From a virus (lineage: Duplodnaviria; Heunggongvirae; Uroviricota; Caudoviricetes): a DNA stretch of 64,000 nucleotides. Positions 63,886 through 64,000 of this stretch are shown here, piece by piece; the stretch's first letter is position 1; each line of letters opens with the position of its first letter. Made by a program: the position numbers and the translations under genes. The notes under the pieces are model-generated. The model searched no databases and was not told the DNA's origin. It saw nothing but the letters and a program-made list of their open reading frames with translations. The DNA is taken from positions 27,546-91,545 of IMG/VR virus record IMGVR_UViG_3300045996_000667. One strand, given 5' to 3'.

Positions 63886-64000
63886 TTAGTCGAGAACGTG
63901 CATGGTGACGAAGGCTTCGACCGAACCACCGCTCGCGCCGACGTTGAACAGATACAGGTCTGCGTCAACCTTCAGAACGCGGGCGTCGTCTTCCTGGTCA
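63886..64000 (-). CDS. 3' end of a minus-strand gene that starts beyond the window (likely major tail or capsid protein)
   Basis: Open frame ending '...AFVTMHVLD*' with the strong terminator just downstream. Confidence 0.5.
   Translation of the reverse strand, partial: DQEDDARVLKVDADLYLFNVGASGGSVEAFVTMHVLD

Noticed and set aside
63783-63968. Track ORF 63783..63968 (-)
   Set aside because: It spans the terminator hairpin and the 3' end of a better-supported gene in another frame.
1-64000. CRISPR arrays, integrase/attP or rRNA genes
   Set aside because: No regularly spaced direct repeats were seen. No tyrosine or serine recombinase motifs were recognised in any ORF. No rRNA-like conserved segments were seen.

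Overview
This window looks like part of a high-GC tailed phage genome, probably a siphovirus-like phage (the tail tape-measure gene is 1943 codons). Positions 1-45000 are almost all plus-strand, tightly packed (ATGA/TAATG/GTGA overlaps) replication, nucleotide-metabolism and accessory genes. Recognised products there are: T7 gp4-like primase-helicase, SF2 DEAH helicase, ATP-dependent DNA ligase with an N-terminal SWIM finger, ThyX, dCMP deaminase, an HD 5'-nucleotidase, a RelA/SpoT-type small alarmone hydrolase, an Rnl2-like RNA ligase fused to a tRNA-binding domain, a MoxR AAA+ ATPase with a VWA/HExxH partner, an HslV-like peptidase, a Cas4-like nuclease, several HNH endonucleases and two C5-methyltransferase-like genes. 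There are at least five tRNA genes (Leu-UAG, Pro-UGG, Ser-UGA, Thr-UGU, Tyr-GUA) plus odd tRNA-like elements. Positions 45000-64000 are minus-strand lysis and tail genes: M15 endolysin, an alpha/beta-hydrolase esterase, dNMP kinase, a metallophosphoesterase, a pentapeptide-repeat protein, a LamG-domain fibre protein, minor tail proteins, the tape-measure protein and tail chaperone candidates. Three things are not explained by ordinary annotation. First, a perfect 15-bp palindrome TTGCACA(A/T)TGTGCAA occurs 12 times. Second, a paralogous family of at least 9 tiny proteins with an N-terminal 'EEFFxAL' motif plus a Cys4 zinc ribbon start exactly at or after the upstream stop codon, often without a canonical start codon. 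Third, a C5-methyltransferase whose 'WxTPTAxD'-repeat target-recognition domain sits in the +1 frame relative to its catalytic motifs. No integrase, CRISPR array or rRNA was seen. All calls come from reading the sequence and motifs only; no database search was possible.
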